Positions 36,175 through 47,651 of a DNA stretch of 64,000 nt are shown piece after piece. Origin of the DNA: Fimicolochytrium jonesii (lineage: Eukaryota); the NCBI RefSeq assembly GCF_025526975.1, contig NW_026515670.1, forward strand, positions 868,001 through 932,000, written 5' to 3'. The first letter of the stretch is position 1. Every line of letters starts with the position of its first letter. The notes below the pieces were generated by a model. The model did no database searches, was not told where the DNA came from, and saw only the letters and a list, made by a program, of their open reading frames with translations. Both the position numbers and the translations under genes were made by a program.

Positions 36175-39100
36175 ATGCCATCTACAAAGGCGACATCAGA
36201 GATCCCAAAGACTCTTCCCGTCGTACCCATTCGCAACAACAGAGTGTTGCTGCCGGGCATCGTCCTCCGGTTACAAATCGGACGTAAGGATACGACGCAT
36301 CTGATGGATCAGCTCATCCAGCAGTATTCGAAGAACCCAAATATTATCGTCGGCTGTGTGCCCGTGAAATACACTCCTGTGGAGCAGATAAATCCTACTG
36401 GGACAAATGGCGACGGGACATCGACCAACAATGGTGGGACATCAAAGACGAACGAGAATAAGCCCGCGCGTGCTTCGCGACTCTACAGGAAGCCGGTGGA
36501 CGTGGATGACGGTCGGCAACCGCTTGAAGAGACTGAACTGTTTGGATGGGGAGTCGCTGCACGCATCTTGAACCTTAAGAGGAACAGTCCGAGCGAAACT
36601 AAGCTGACTCGCGCTAGCTACACTGTGACGTTAGAAGGTGGGAGGAGAGCGGAGTTCGTGGCTACAGTTTTTAAAGTGGCATGTGCTGATATTTGTCAAT
36701 GCGCTCAGGTCTTGCGCGGTTCAAAGTCGAAAAGTACACCAAGACGACGCCCTACTTTGAGGCAGCTGTGTTGGTACATCCCGAACAGACGATTGAAAAG
36801 GACGATGCCGAACTCCAGGCTATCATTCTGAATCTTCGAGCAAGCGGACATGGTACGTCCTTGGTACTGTCTCAGCTGACGATCCTTTGATTGACTAATA
36901 TTCCAATCATCCCGATGTAGAACTCGCGAACGTCCTGTCACAGCTCCAACTACCACCCACTGTCTTGACGCAACTAAGACAAATGCTCGATTCAACACCA
37001 CCAGGCCAGCTCGCTGACCTCTTTGCAAGCATGATTGATCTCAGCATGGAAGAAAAGCTCGAGATTCTGGAAACCACCAACGTGAAAACGCGGATCAAGA
37101 GGACCGCGGAGCTGTTGACGCGTCAAATACAAGTCCTCAAGATCTCGCAAAAGCTGCAGTCGACTGTGGATTCCAAGCTGGGGAAGAAACAGCGAGAGTT
37201 CTTTTTGCGTCAGCAGGTATGGAAGGGCTATTGGGACCTTGACGATCCGCTTGAATGCCAATGAAATTGAATCATCCATAGCTCGATGCGATCAAGAAGG
37301 AGCTTGGCGAATCAGATGACGGCGAGGAAGACGACGTAGCCGATCTGAACAACCGGATAGCCGAAGCCAAACTCCCAGATGAGGCCAGCAAAGCAGCAGG
37401 GCGCGAACTACGGCGCCTGAAGCGCATGCATCCCAGTATGGCAGAATACCAGGTGGTCCGAACCTACCTGGAATGGCTCTCGGAGTTGCCATGGGGCAAG
37501 CACTCAGAGGACATCATGGACATTGCCAAAGCGCGCCAGCAATTAGACGATGACCACTTTGGCCTGGAGAAAGTCAAGACACGGATATTGGAGTACCTTG
37601 CGGTTCGGAAACTGAAGCAGGATCTGAAGGGACCGATTTTGTGTTTGCTTGGGCCGCCGGGGGTTGGAAAAACGAGTCTGGGCAAATCGCTGGCTACGGC
37701 CTTGGGTCGCACGTTTCATCGCATTTCGCTGGGCGGAGTGCGAGATGAGGCTGAGATTCGTGGACATCGGCGGACGTATATTGGGGCGTTACCGGGACGG
37801 ATTGTGCAGGGTTTGCGTCGATGTGGTGTGAACAATCCCGTCATCCTGCTAGGTGCGTCATGAGTTAGCCATTGATGGCCCTACCCTTAAACAATGACAT
37901 GCTAAGCAATCGCCGACTTTCTCTTCTTTGTACTAGACGAGATCGACAAGTTGGGTCGTGACAACCGTGGCGATCCATCATCGGCATTACTGGAAGTCCT
38001 GGATCCCGAACAGAACTCCACATTCACAGATCATTACTTGAATCTGCCTTTTGACCTCTCCAATGTCTTGTTCGTGGCGACTGCGAACGATGCTGACACA
38101 ATTCCAGGCCCTCTCTATGACCGCATGGTATGTGCCGAGCTCGCAATTCCATTGATCTGCCATCCTCATGCTCACCCATACGTGCCATTTCCCAGGAGGT
38201 CATCCGAATCCCGGGCTACACATTCGACGAAAAGCTGCATATCGCAGAACGCCACCTCCTCCCAAAACAAATCAAAGCCCACGGCCTCGAACCCGAGGAC
38301 ATCCAAATCGACCGCGAGGTTCTCCTCAAAATCGCCATCGGCTACACCCGCGAAGCCGGCGTCCGTAGCCTCGAACGCGAGATTGGCGCTGTGTGCCGAG
38401 CCATGGCTGTCGAGTTTGCAGATGCAAAGGAAAAAGGGACCGCTTTTGATGGGCATGTTACGGTTGAGAAGCTGGAGAAGATACTGGGACCGGAGAGATT
38501 TGATGATGAGGTTGCGGAACGGGCGTCTGTGCCGGGGATTGCTTCGGGGCTGGCGTGGACGGCGAGTGGGGCGGGGGGATTGCTGTTTATTGAGGCGACG
38601 CAGATGCCTGGAAGGGGTGTGTTACATCTCACTGGTGAGTCTTTGGACTATATTCCACAGTTTGAGAATGTGTCCCCGAGTGCATTCTTGACGATTTCCA
38701 TGCATCCGCACAGGCAAACTAGGCGACGTGATCAAAGAATCCGCCCAAATAGGCCTAACCTGGGTCCGCGCCAACAGCCACCGCCTCGGCCTCTCCCCCT
38801 CCTCCACCGCCAACGTCCTCGAAAACCTCGATGTCCACATCCACCTCCCCGCAGGCGCCACCCCTAAAGATGGGCCTAGCGCCGGCATTACCATCGTCAC
38901 CGCCCTAGTCTCCCTCTTCACCCGCAAGCCCGTCCGCCCACATACAGCCATGACGGGCGAAATCACCCTCCGCGGGAACGTCCTCCCCGTCGGCGGGGTG
39001 AAGGAGAAAGTCCTCGCGGCCCATCGCACGGGGATCAAACGGATCATCATGCCCTTCCGTAACGCCAACGACCTTGCGGATGTGCCGGCGTACGTGAAGG

Positions 39101-39306
39101 ACGAGATTGAGTTTGTGATGGCAAAGACGATCGATGATGTCCTGGCGGCGGCGTTTGAGGATGGGGTGCCCGGCCATGTTGTGCAGGTGGCGGCGGACGC
39201 GGTGCCGGTTGTGGAGGGAAAGGATAGTCCGCCGGAACAGAAGCCGGAGCATACGCCCGAGACGTCAACTCCGCCGCCGCAGTGGTGCATGAAGGCGAGA
39301 CTGTGA
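36175..39306 (+). CDS. LONP2: Peroxisomal Lon protease
   Basis: LON N-domain [11 protein letters not shown]; Walker [29 protein letters not shown]; Walker B VILL|DEIDK; catalytic PKDGPSAG and GGVKEK; C-terminal PTS1 -ARL*. Confidence 0.95.
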
Positions 39307-39645
39307 GTGCGTTCGTTGGGTGTTTGTGTGATCAGCTTTTTTGTAGACGTGCGTAGGCGCCTGTCCCCGTTTTGTTTGTTTTTGATGTAGGCAACATCCC
39401 ACGACCCTGCTTGTTTTTTGTTCATGTACCTTCCTGTACCATTGAAATGTTTTTGGATATAACGTCAAACTAAAGCCCGCAACTGGAACCGAACTGTATC
39501 TGAGGTCCTTAACACTGTCTCTTTGTATTATCTCAATGAAGCTACGCCGAAATTGTCCCAACAGGTCGAGCCAAAACAATGTATGTCTAATAGGGGAAAG
39601 GGAGATCTAAAACAGGCCAGCTATTTTACATACGCATTTCAACTT

Positions 39646-42600
39646 TCAGCATATATCCTCCCCAAACTCCAACCTCTTCTCCTCCAAGCCCTCCTTCTCC
39701 ACCTCCTCCCTCACATCAAGCACCACAGCACTCCTAGGCGACGGCGACGACAACGGCGACGGCGACATAAACTGCCGCGACATCGCCACCTCCGCCCTCG
39801 GGATCCTTGCCGGCAAATCCGGCATGACGCTCATGATCGAGTGGCGGTCGGTGGGTGTCGGTGACTCGGGGTCGGACATGATGTCGGGGGGTAACGGGAG
39901 GTTTTGGAGGAGGGCGAGTTCTTCGGGGGTGAAGGAGGGTGCGCGGGGTTGGGCGGATGTCAGGGGTAGGGAGGTCGTTGGGGAAGTTGTGGGGGCGTAG
40001 GTCGGTGGAGTGGGTGTTTGGTCGGTGTCGTTGTCCGGGTCTTCGTCGACGACGATGACCGCCTCTTCGGCAATGCTGCGCAGAGGATCCTCCCTTCTGG
40101 GCTGCTGCACCTCCCACGTCGGTTCGTCTACCGGAACCCGGTCATCATCATCATCTTCCTCGTCAACAAACGACCGGACCTCGCTATCCCCATCCGACTC
40201 GACACTGCCGCGACGGCGGGGTTGGTCGTGTTCGTCGTACGCGCCGTAGAATTCTGATACGGAGATGAGTCGTTTCAGGTCTTGCGAATCTTCGTTATTG
40301 GGCGCGAATGAAGCTGTGGAAAGGCGGAGTGAGGCCGTGTGTGGGACGGCGGTGGTGGTCGGGGTGGGTTCGTCCGGTGCGATATCTTCATCATCGGATT
40401 CGTTTTCAAACTCGGGTTCGGCAACCCCGCCGTACAGATCCGACATGGATGTGAGCTCCGACATGAATGTAGAGTGTTTCACGTCGGGGGCGAACATGTT
40501 TTGATTCGACATGATTCCGGCGTCCCAGCGGTCGTCGGCGCTCACAACGCTTGCAGGCCTTTCGTTTACGATTTCCTCCGCCTGCTCCTCACGCGTCTGA
40601 GAGTCAGCTTCCCACCGATTATCAGCGCTCCCAACGCTTGTCAGCCGTTCCTTTTCCTCTTCCTGCTCCTGAACCTGCTCCTCCGGCTGACGGTCAAACG
40701 CATCGGCAGACTCAAATCCCCAGCCCCCATCATCGCTACTCGCCTCACTTCCCCTCCGTGCTTTGGTGACCCGGTCAATAGTCCCGAACGCCGAAAACCC
40801 CCCGTACAGATCCGTCATGGATGTCAGGTGTTTCGGGTCGGCTGAGGGGAGGTCGAGTGCGCGGTCGACGGGTGTTTGCTCTTTTTGCTCCTCCTCCTCG
40901 TCCTCCTCTTGCTCTTCCACACGCTCAGAGGCGGGGCTAATGTTCTGGGTCTCGAAAGTGAGGTTTTTGTACAGGTCGGTTGTGGATGGTAGGATTTCCG
41001 GGCTTGGTGTGCGGGTTTCGGGTGAAAGGGGCAAGTCCCGGTTGGCAGGAGACTTGACTGGAGTCGATCCGCCAGGGAGCTTTAGCTCAGCACCCTCCGA
41101 CCTATCCGCTACCTCCGTTTTCACCTCCCAACCCACCTCAACCGCCCGATTCAAATCTTCATACAGATCCGTCATCCCCGTCAACAATTTCGGGGAGCTC
41201 ACGTCCCTCTCCGGCGCGAGCGTCAAATCCCTGATCGCAGGCGACTGCATCGAGTTCCCCGACAACAACGCGTCCGCGATGTGGGAGAGCTCCAACATCA
41301 GCGAGTCGATTTGCTGTTGTTGCGTGTTTGAGGATGTATCGGCGGCGGTGGATGGCGAGTCCGGTGTGATCTCGCTGCGAAGCTTGCTCCCATTCCTCAT
41401 CGGCGGAGTGTCCCCTTTCTCCGGTGACCCGGTGATATCGACGTCGGTGATCACCTCCTTCAACGATGAGGATCGAAATACTTTATTCTCCGAGGTACGG
41501 AAATTGACGAGCGAGGATTGACGCGCTGAGATGGCTCGTGGGGCGCGGACGGGGGGTGGGGGCATGTCGAAGCGGACGGATTTTGTGGAGGAGCGGGAGG
41601 AGGGCCGGGACGCTGAGGATGAGACGTGGGAGAGCGCCTTGTTGGGCGTCACCAGTGAGGATTTGCGGATTGCGTCGGGTGCGTCTGAGCCGGACGCAGA
41701 GGGGGTGTAAGCGCGGTTGGGTGGGCCGGGGCTGTTGGTGGTTTCGTAGGACTGGAGCCCTGAAAATCGGAAGAAGTACTTTTCTGCGTCGGAAAGTAGA
41801 CTGGACCCGCTCGGGCTTATCATCGGTCCCTGATTGACGGCCACGGGGGGTGACGGCAGCAAAGCTTTCGGCGCCTGGGAGGAGAAGGAAATCTGCGACG
41901 GTTCCGATTTCACGGGCGTGGATGAGAGCACCGAAACATCAACCCTCGGCGCAATCTGCACGATATTCGTCCTAACCGCCATCGGCCCCGGGGCCGTTGT
42001 CGCCTTCTGCGGCATCGACACGGTTCGGACCGGCGGGGCCAGCACATCCGGCTCGTGTTCCGGGTCAGAAGTCGGGCTGTCTACCTTCCTATACGTCTTA
42101 GCATTGGGCGGACTCTGCAAGATCGGCACGCCCATCTGCCGCGCGCGTTGCAGGTTGGGTTCTGCGGAAGGTGCGATTGCGGCGGGGCCGAGGGCACGGG
42201 AGGAGAATTCGGCGGCGATTTTGAGGGGTTCGTTTGTTGGTGGTTTTTTGGGGCCGGTGTTGGTTGGGCCTCCTAGAGGACCTCGAAAGGCGGGGTTGCT
42301 AAGGAGGGGGGCTTCGGCTACGTAGAGGAAGGAGTCGGTGATTTGTGGCGGTTTGTTTATGCGGGAGGGTTGGGTGGTTGAAGGTTTGGTGGGTTGCATC
42401 TGTGGTGGTTGTTCCATCCTTGGCGCCCGTAAATCTTGAGCATTTGTGGGTGCTTTGTTTTGCACCTGCAGAATCTGCGATGTTTGAGATGCCGCCAGAG
42501 GTTTCGATGCACTCTTCTCTTCCTTTCGTTGACCGTCTCCTGGGATGTTCACGATCGAGACTAATATCAAAATAGAATGTAGCGTTAGTTTTGTTTGCTG

Positions 42601-43741
42601 CATTCTGTGTGAAAAAAGACGATCGTCCCTCAACATACCTTGTGGAGGAAGAGTCGACTGCGGCTGTCCATCCGAAGTCCTCACAAACGTACTCGGCAAA
42701 TAATCCCCACCATCCGGCCTCGACACCGTCCCCACCGGCACAGTCATATCCTCCGGATCCTGCCTTGAACCCTTCCTCAAAATCTTCTTCCTGTAGAAAT
42801 AGTACGCCATCCCCACCCCAACCACCAACAAACTCAATCCAACACCCGCAACGATCGCGACCGAGTTGGGGCTGTCCGGGGCCGGTGGTGCGATTTTGGC
42901 GTTCTGTTTGCCGTCAACTCCGCCGGGGTTGCCTGTCGATGGTGTCAGTGTTGGTCGGCCTGGGATGGGTGTCGCGGCGGAGACGGCGTTTCTAACTACG
43001 GCGGTTGCATCGGTTGATACGTAGACTACAAACGCGTTGGGTGCGCGGTTGCTGCCGCATATTAGGTTGTCTTGCGTGCAGGTGAGCCCGCATGTGCCGG
43101 TGGGTGGGACGGAGGAGGCCGGTTGTTGGTCGGATTGGAAACATGCGCACGCTGTGAATAAAATATAGGTGAGTTAGACTCGGATGAGCGATACAGTGGT
43201 TGGTTGGATGGTGGGTTGAGCGGACGATACCCTGCTCGCTCCGCTCGCGACAAGGATGTTGGGCTGGGTGATCCGCAATTCCTGGGCCTCCGGTCCAGTA
43301 GGAACCCTCAAGCATGCCTCGCTACGCTCGGTCTCCCTTCCTTCGCGTACTCCCTCCGCTATCGCACTCGCTTCCACTCACAAATAGTAGTCCCCGTGGC
43401 TAAACTCCTGGCAGATAAAGCGGTCCTATCCCTTGGCGGCGTCAGCGCCAAACACTGCAGAGCACAAGCTCTAACGGAAGCATTGGGACTCGAAATCAAC
43501 GCGGTACTGACAACTTGTGGTGGCGTGGGAAAACTGAAGCTAAAAGAGAAACAAAGAAAGGCGGGGTCAACAAGACAAGACACATGAATTATGCTGACGG
43601 GTCCGTAGGGGTCTCATACCAATCTCCTTGTGGTGGATTCGACGTAGTTTGACTTGCGACCGGCGTGGCGAGGAAGCAGAGGAGAATAGTGGAGGTGGCC
43701 AGCAACCTCAGGGCTGTTGCGGTGGTGGTTCGTGCTGGCAT
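39646..43741 (-). CDS. WSC-domain single-pass membrane protein with a ~1000-aa disordered cytoplasmic tail; introns 43540-43619, 43152-43381, 42561-42638
   Basis: Signal peptide MPARTTTATALRLLATSTILLCFLATPVAS; GDC|F...SVRACALQC...I|SCACF...CGLTC...ICGSN...FVVY (WSC-like 8-Cys pattern); TM VAIVAGVGLSLLVVGVGMAYYFY followed by RKK. Confidence 0.75.
43226..43331 (-). repeat. Intron-resident repeat family, copy 1 (WSC gene intron 2, 230 nt)
   Basis: Host-sense CGAGCGTAGCGAGGCATGCTTGAGGGTTCC...CCCAACATCCTTGTCGCGAGCGGAGCGAGCAGGGTATC. Confidence 0.8.
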
Positions 43742-44538
43742 GGTGTGGGAATATGTACAGAGGCCTCTGGCTCGCAGGTATATGTGACTTTGTATGTGAA
43801 TTTAGATGTGTACACTGTCGGAAGTCCTTTAGAGCCGAACGAGCAGCTCTGCTCTGCTGTGTTGGTGAACCCGAGCAGAGGCCGCGAGCGTTGAGTTTGG
43901 TGTAGAACGCTTTCTGGTGGGAGCGTAGACTGACCACACCGTCTCTTCTCGCTCTTCTCTACGTACTGTTGGATGCGATCGATGTCGACTTTTTTTCAAG
44001 ACGGGAGCAGGACCGAACCGAGGCCTATACGAGGATAATAATAGGCAAAGCAGCGAAGCAACGAAATAGACATGGGGAACGGCGGACAATAACGAGTATT
44101 ACGGGGGGGGTTGTTAGTAGGGGGGGATGGGTGATTGTTGTCAATAATAATACTCACAGTAAATACGTACGAGGCGGGTTTGACGCACCGCTCTCCCCGT
44201 CCGTTGCCTGATTCTCATTGCTTAAGACGTATAACAGTAAAGCAAGAGCAACAGGGGGGGGATTGCTTGCGGCAGGGCGTTTCATCTCAATGGAAAGTTC
44301 CACTCCACAACAACATTGGGGGGGTGAAACACTTCCAACTCCGCACGCTCCACTTCCCCCATCTCGTAAGCGTGACGTACACGCGGGGGATTTAAATGGA
44401 CTGCTGCGCCACCGAGATCCCCAAGTCCGAAGTCAGTTTACTACGTAGTCCAAAAACAATTCCCACGACGCACCGTCGGTCGGACCCCAATCATCGTACC
44501 CAGATCCTCGTCGCAATACATATAACAACCGAACGAAG

Positions 44539-46452
44539 ATGACAAAACGGCGCCGGGACCAGGAAGACGAGGACCACGACCACTTCTACGACTCAGAGGA
44601 CGAGAGGCTTCGCAGCGTGTCGCCCGCGACGCCCGCGACGCCCTCAAGGCCCCCGCGACTTATACTATGCCTTTCGAAATATTAAACGGTAGGGGACGAG
44701 GAGACAGAGGAGGTGCTGGGGAAAGATGGGGTTCATGCTGAAACCCCGTTGTCTCTTTCTCAGAGTATGTTAATCAAGGTGTTATCGACTTGAACGCGGT
44801 TTATCAGGTATGCCGTTACTTTGGAGTCATCAAACAGTCTCTCTTCCGCGGCACCCGTTCTCACACTCTTGCCACTAAGAGGGAGGTCGTATGGAATGGT
44901 AATGTAAGGGCCGCGAGCGGAGCGAGCGAGGGTTGCATGTTTGAGGTTCCGAGCGGAGCGAGCCACATTGCGGTGAAGGCGCAATGCTTCCTCGAAGTAC
45001 GGCTCTTAGCGAGCATAAGCGAGCCTCACATCTTTTAGCGAGCGAAGCGAGCTACACTCCTGCCCACCGCAATCCAACATCCTCGGAGCGAGCAGGGTAT
45101 CGCTTGTTGATGATCGGTGGTCGGTGGTCGGTGGATGTTATTGGATGTTGATGGGTTGATCATGGTTGATGTTTCGATGATGATGTAATGCGGAAACTAA
45201 TCCGCGGATTCGCGCTCTGTATAGAAGCGAAACAGGGTCATCTCATTGACTGTGAGTGTATATGGCCGAGCACGTCGCGTATGTTGATTGATGCTGACTA
45301 AGGCTTCTATCGAACACAGCATTGGTCAAGAACTATTACGTTCCACCAGTGATCTTTTCCATCAGGTACGGGGCTGGGGGCCGTCGGCTACATTCGTCAA
45401 AGAATAACAGCCTCATACAGGCCTCTTCCACGCATCCCAGACCACGGGACGACCTAGACGTGCGAGTCGCCATCGACGGCAAGCAACGCATCACCTCCAT
45501 AAACCGCTTCATGGTAGGCCTCATCCCGCAAATCGATTCTTTAACGGGCGAGCGGATATGGTACCGCCACTCCGGCCACTCCTCGGCGAGAAGCAGGAGG
45601 ATGACCGCGGATGAGCGCAAGGAGTTTGATAAGAAGGAGATCATGTGTGTCGAGTATCGGAGCTTGACAGATGACCAGGAGCAGGAGATTTTTAGGAGGG
45701 TGCAGTTGGGTATGTTGGGGACGTCATGGGGAACTTGGGCATGGTTGTGGTTGGCTGGAGTGGTATGCGATCGGTACTGATCCTTCGTCCATGCACAGGG
45801 GTGGCATTGACCACGGCAGAGAAGATGTGGGCTGTACCAGGACCATTAGCCGACCTCGCGCGTGACCTCACCGATGTATGTTCTCACAATCTCACCAGTA
45901 AATGCCCGTGCACCCTCAATCGAACCCTCACCCCCCACCAGTCCTTCCCAACACTCTTCGCCCAAGTCGAATCCCGCCGCAAATACTCCTTCCAGCTAGT
46001 CCTCATCATCATCCTCATCATCAACAAGCGCCCCGACAAGCTGCCGAGCAGGCCCCTCATCGAGAAAGAAATGGCCAAGAAGGAACCGATCGCTAAGGAA
46101 CATGTGGTGCTGGTCGAGAGCGTTCTGCAGGTCTTTGCGACGATGGTGGAGGAGGCGAGCCATGTGTTCAGTGTGCCGACTAAGATGGCTGTATGTATCT
46201 CCCTCCGGGCTCTCCTTGTCTCATGTCCCTTTGCGGAGACTCACCAACCCTCCTCCCTTCTCCTCAACCGCGCAGCCAATAGAATTGATAATGAGCACCT
46301 ACATCATCGCTGAAAAAGACGAAGCATCTCTCCCGGAGCTGCGCGACTATATCCTCACCATGCGCAAAAAGACAAGGGAGAAGTTCATCGATGTGCGCAC
46401 TAACGCGAAGACTTTTAAACATATGAAGGAGGTTATTGATGCGTTTGAGTGA
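44539..46452 (+). CDS. DUF262 (GmrSD N-terminal / ParB-like) domain protein with micro-exons; start ATG 44539 (needs a frame change) or 44667
   Basis: Spliced: FEILN|EYVNQGVIDLNAVYQ|REVVWN|EAKQGHLID|SLVKNYYVPPVIFSIR|...VAIDGKQRITSINRF...EQEIFRRVQLG|VALTTAE. This contains the DUF262 YQR-x-x-V-W, DGxQR and F-x-R-x-Q-x-G-x-x-L motifs. Confidence 0.85.
44913..45101 (+). repeat. Intron-resident repeat family, copy 2 (DUF262 gene intron 44899-45224, 326 nt)
   Basis: GCGAGCGGAGCGAGCGAGGGTTGCATGTTTGAGGTTCCGAGCGGAGCGAGCCACATTGCGGTGAAGGCGCAATG...GCGAGCGAAGCGAGC...CCAACATCCTCGGAGCGAGCAGGGTATC. Confidence 0.85.
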
Positions 46453-46787
46453 GCTGGCGCGTCAAGGTTTACGGCCGCGCCGTTTTTGGGAGGGCAAACA
46501 ACCACAATACCTTGGCGGAACTCTGCGGTGAGGGGCTTTGAGAGCACCTCACCCGAGCAGAGGAAGTTGGCGAACTTTTACACTTATGTGGTAGCTATAC
46601 AGTTAGGAAGCAAGCATACTGGTTTTCTCTCAAGAGTGCGAAATACATGTGATGCGATTGTGCACTATTAATAGCGAAGTATGCACCTGCCACAACGCAT
46701 GCCCAGAAGCTTTGATGTTGGCTGTACATTAACCTCCAAGTTCCCAAAAATGCCAAAGCAATCTCACTGTACGTTTCCTCCCCACCC

Positions 46788-47585
46788 TTACTCCTCCCTC
46801 GCCCCGACCCTATCCTCCTCCCCACTCCCAATAGCCTCCCACACAGGCAGCAAAACCCTCTCCTCCTCCACTCCCATCACCTTTGCCAGCCTCTCCCGTC
46901 TTACACCCACACTCGTACAGAAGTACACCGCGTCCTGGATCTTTTCCGCGTCCTGCTTATCTAGCATCTCTTTGGCGAGGGCGATGTGGGGAGATGATGT
47001 TATCAGGATTACGAGGGTTATCTATAGGATTGAAACGTCAGTTTGCGATGAAAGACTACCCAACACAACGAATGGATGTGCGGAAGAAACAACACATACC
47101 TTCGAACTAAAAACACCATCAACCCGCATCCCCGCAAACCTCCCATCCAAACTGCTCTTCAAAAACGCCGCGCGGCGACTCAACACCTCCACCCACGCCT
47201 CCCCCTCCCCGTCCCGTCCAAGCAACCCCTCGAGCACCATCCGCAGCATCATCTCCCCCGTCGCGGCCATCAAATCGCTTACGACGACCCCAACCCTGCA
47301 TTCCGTGCCACTGGTGTGAGAAGCGAGACGGAGGGAGGAGACGGTGGCGAGGATTTGAGCGACGGTGGTGTGGAGGAGGTGGTGGTAGTTTTTGCGAGAC
47401 TGGTGGAGGAGGTTGGGGGTCGAGGGGGCCCCGGAGGCGGGGTTAGCAGTGTCGTAGAAGGTGAGGGAAAGGTTGCGGCAGAAGTAGTTGATGTCGTGGT
47501 GGGTCTGTTGAGGGAAGATATGGTGAGGGGGGGCCCGTCGTGGAATAGTATGAATGCTTTGTATTGAGAGAGAAAACCCTATCTG
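46788..47585 (-). CDS. Two-exon ORF with a divergent Rossmann-like (P5CR/NOXRED1-like) pattern; no obvious own start codon; intron 47022-47099
   Basis: Open frame 47585-47100 (…CRVGVVVSD…VEVLSRRAAFLK…SSK) spliced via GTATGT…CTATAG to ITLVILITSSPHIALAKE…VYFCTSVGVRRERLAKVMG…; stop 46788-46790. First ATG is only at ~47270. Confidence 0.5.
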
Positions 47586-47651
47586 CTATACAGGTGATAC
47601 AAAAAACAATACGCCGTTTCCTATCGACCGTCGCTTTAACGAGGGGAATGC

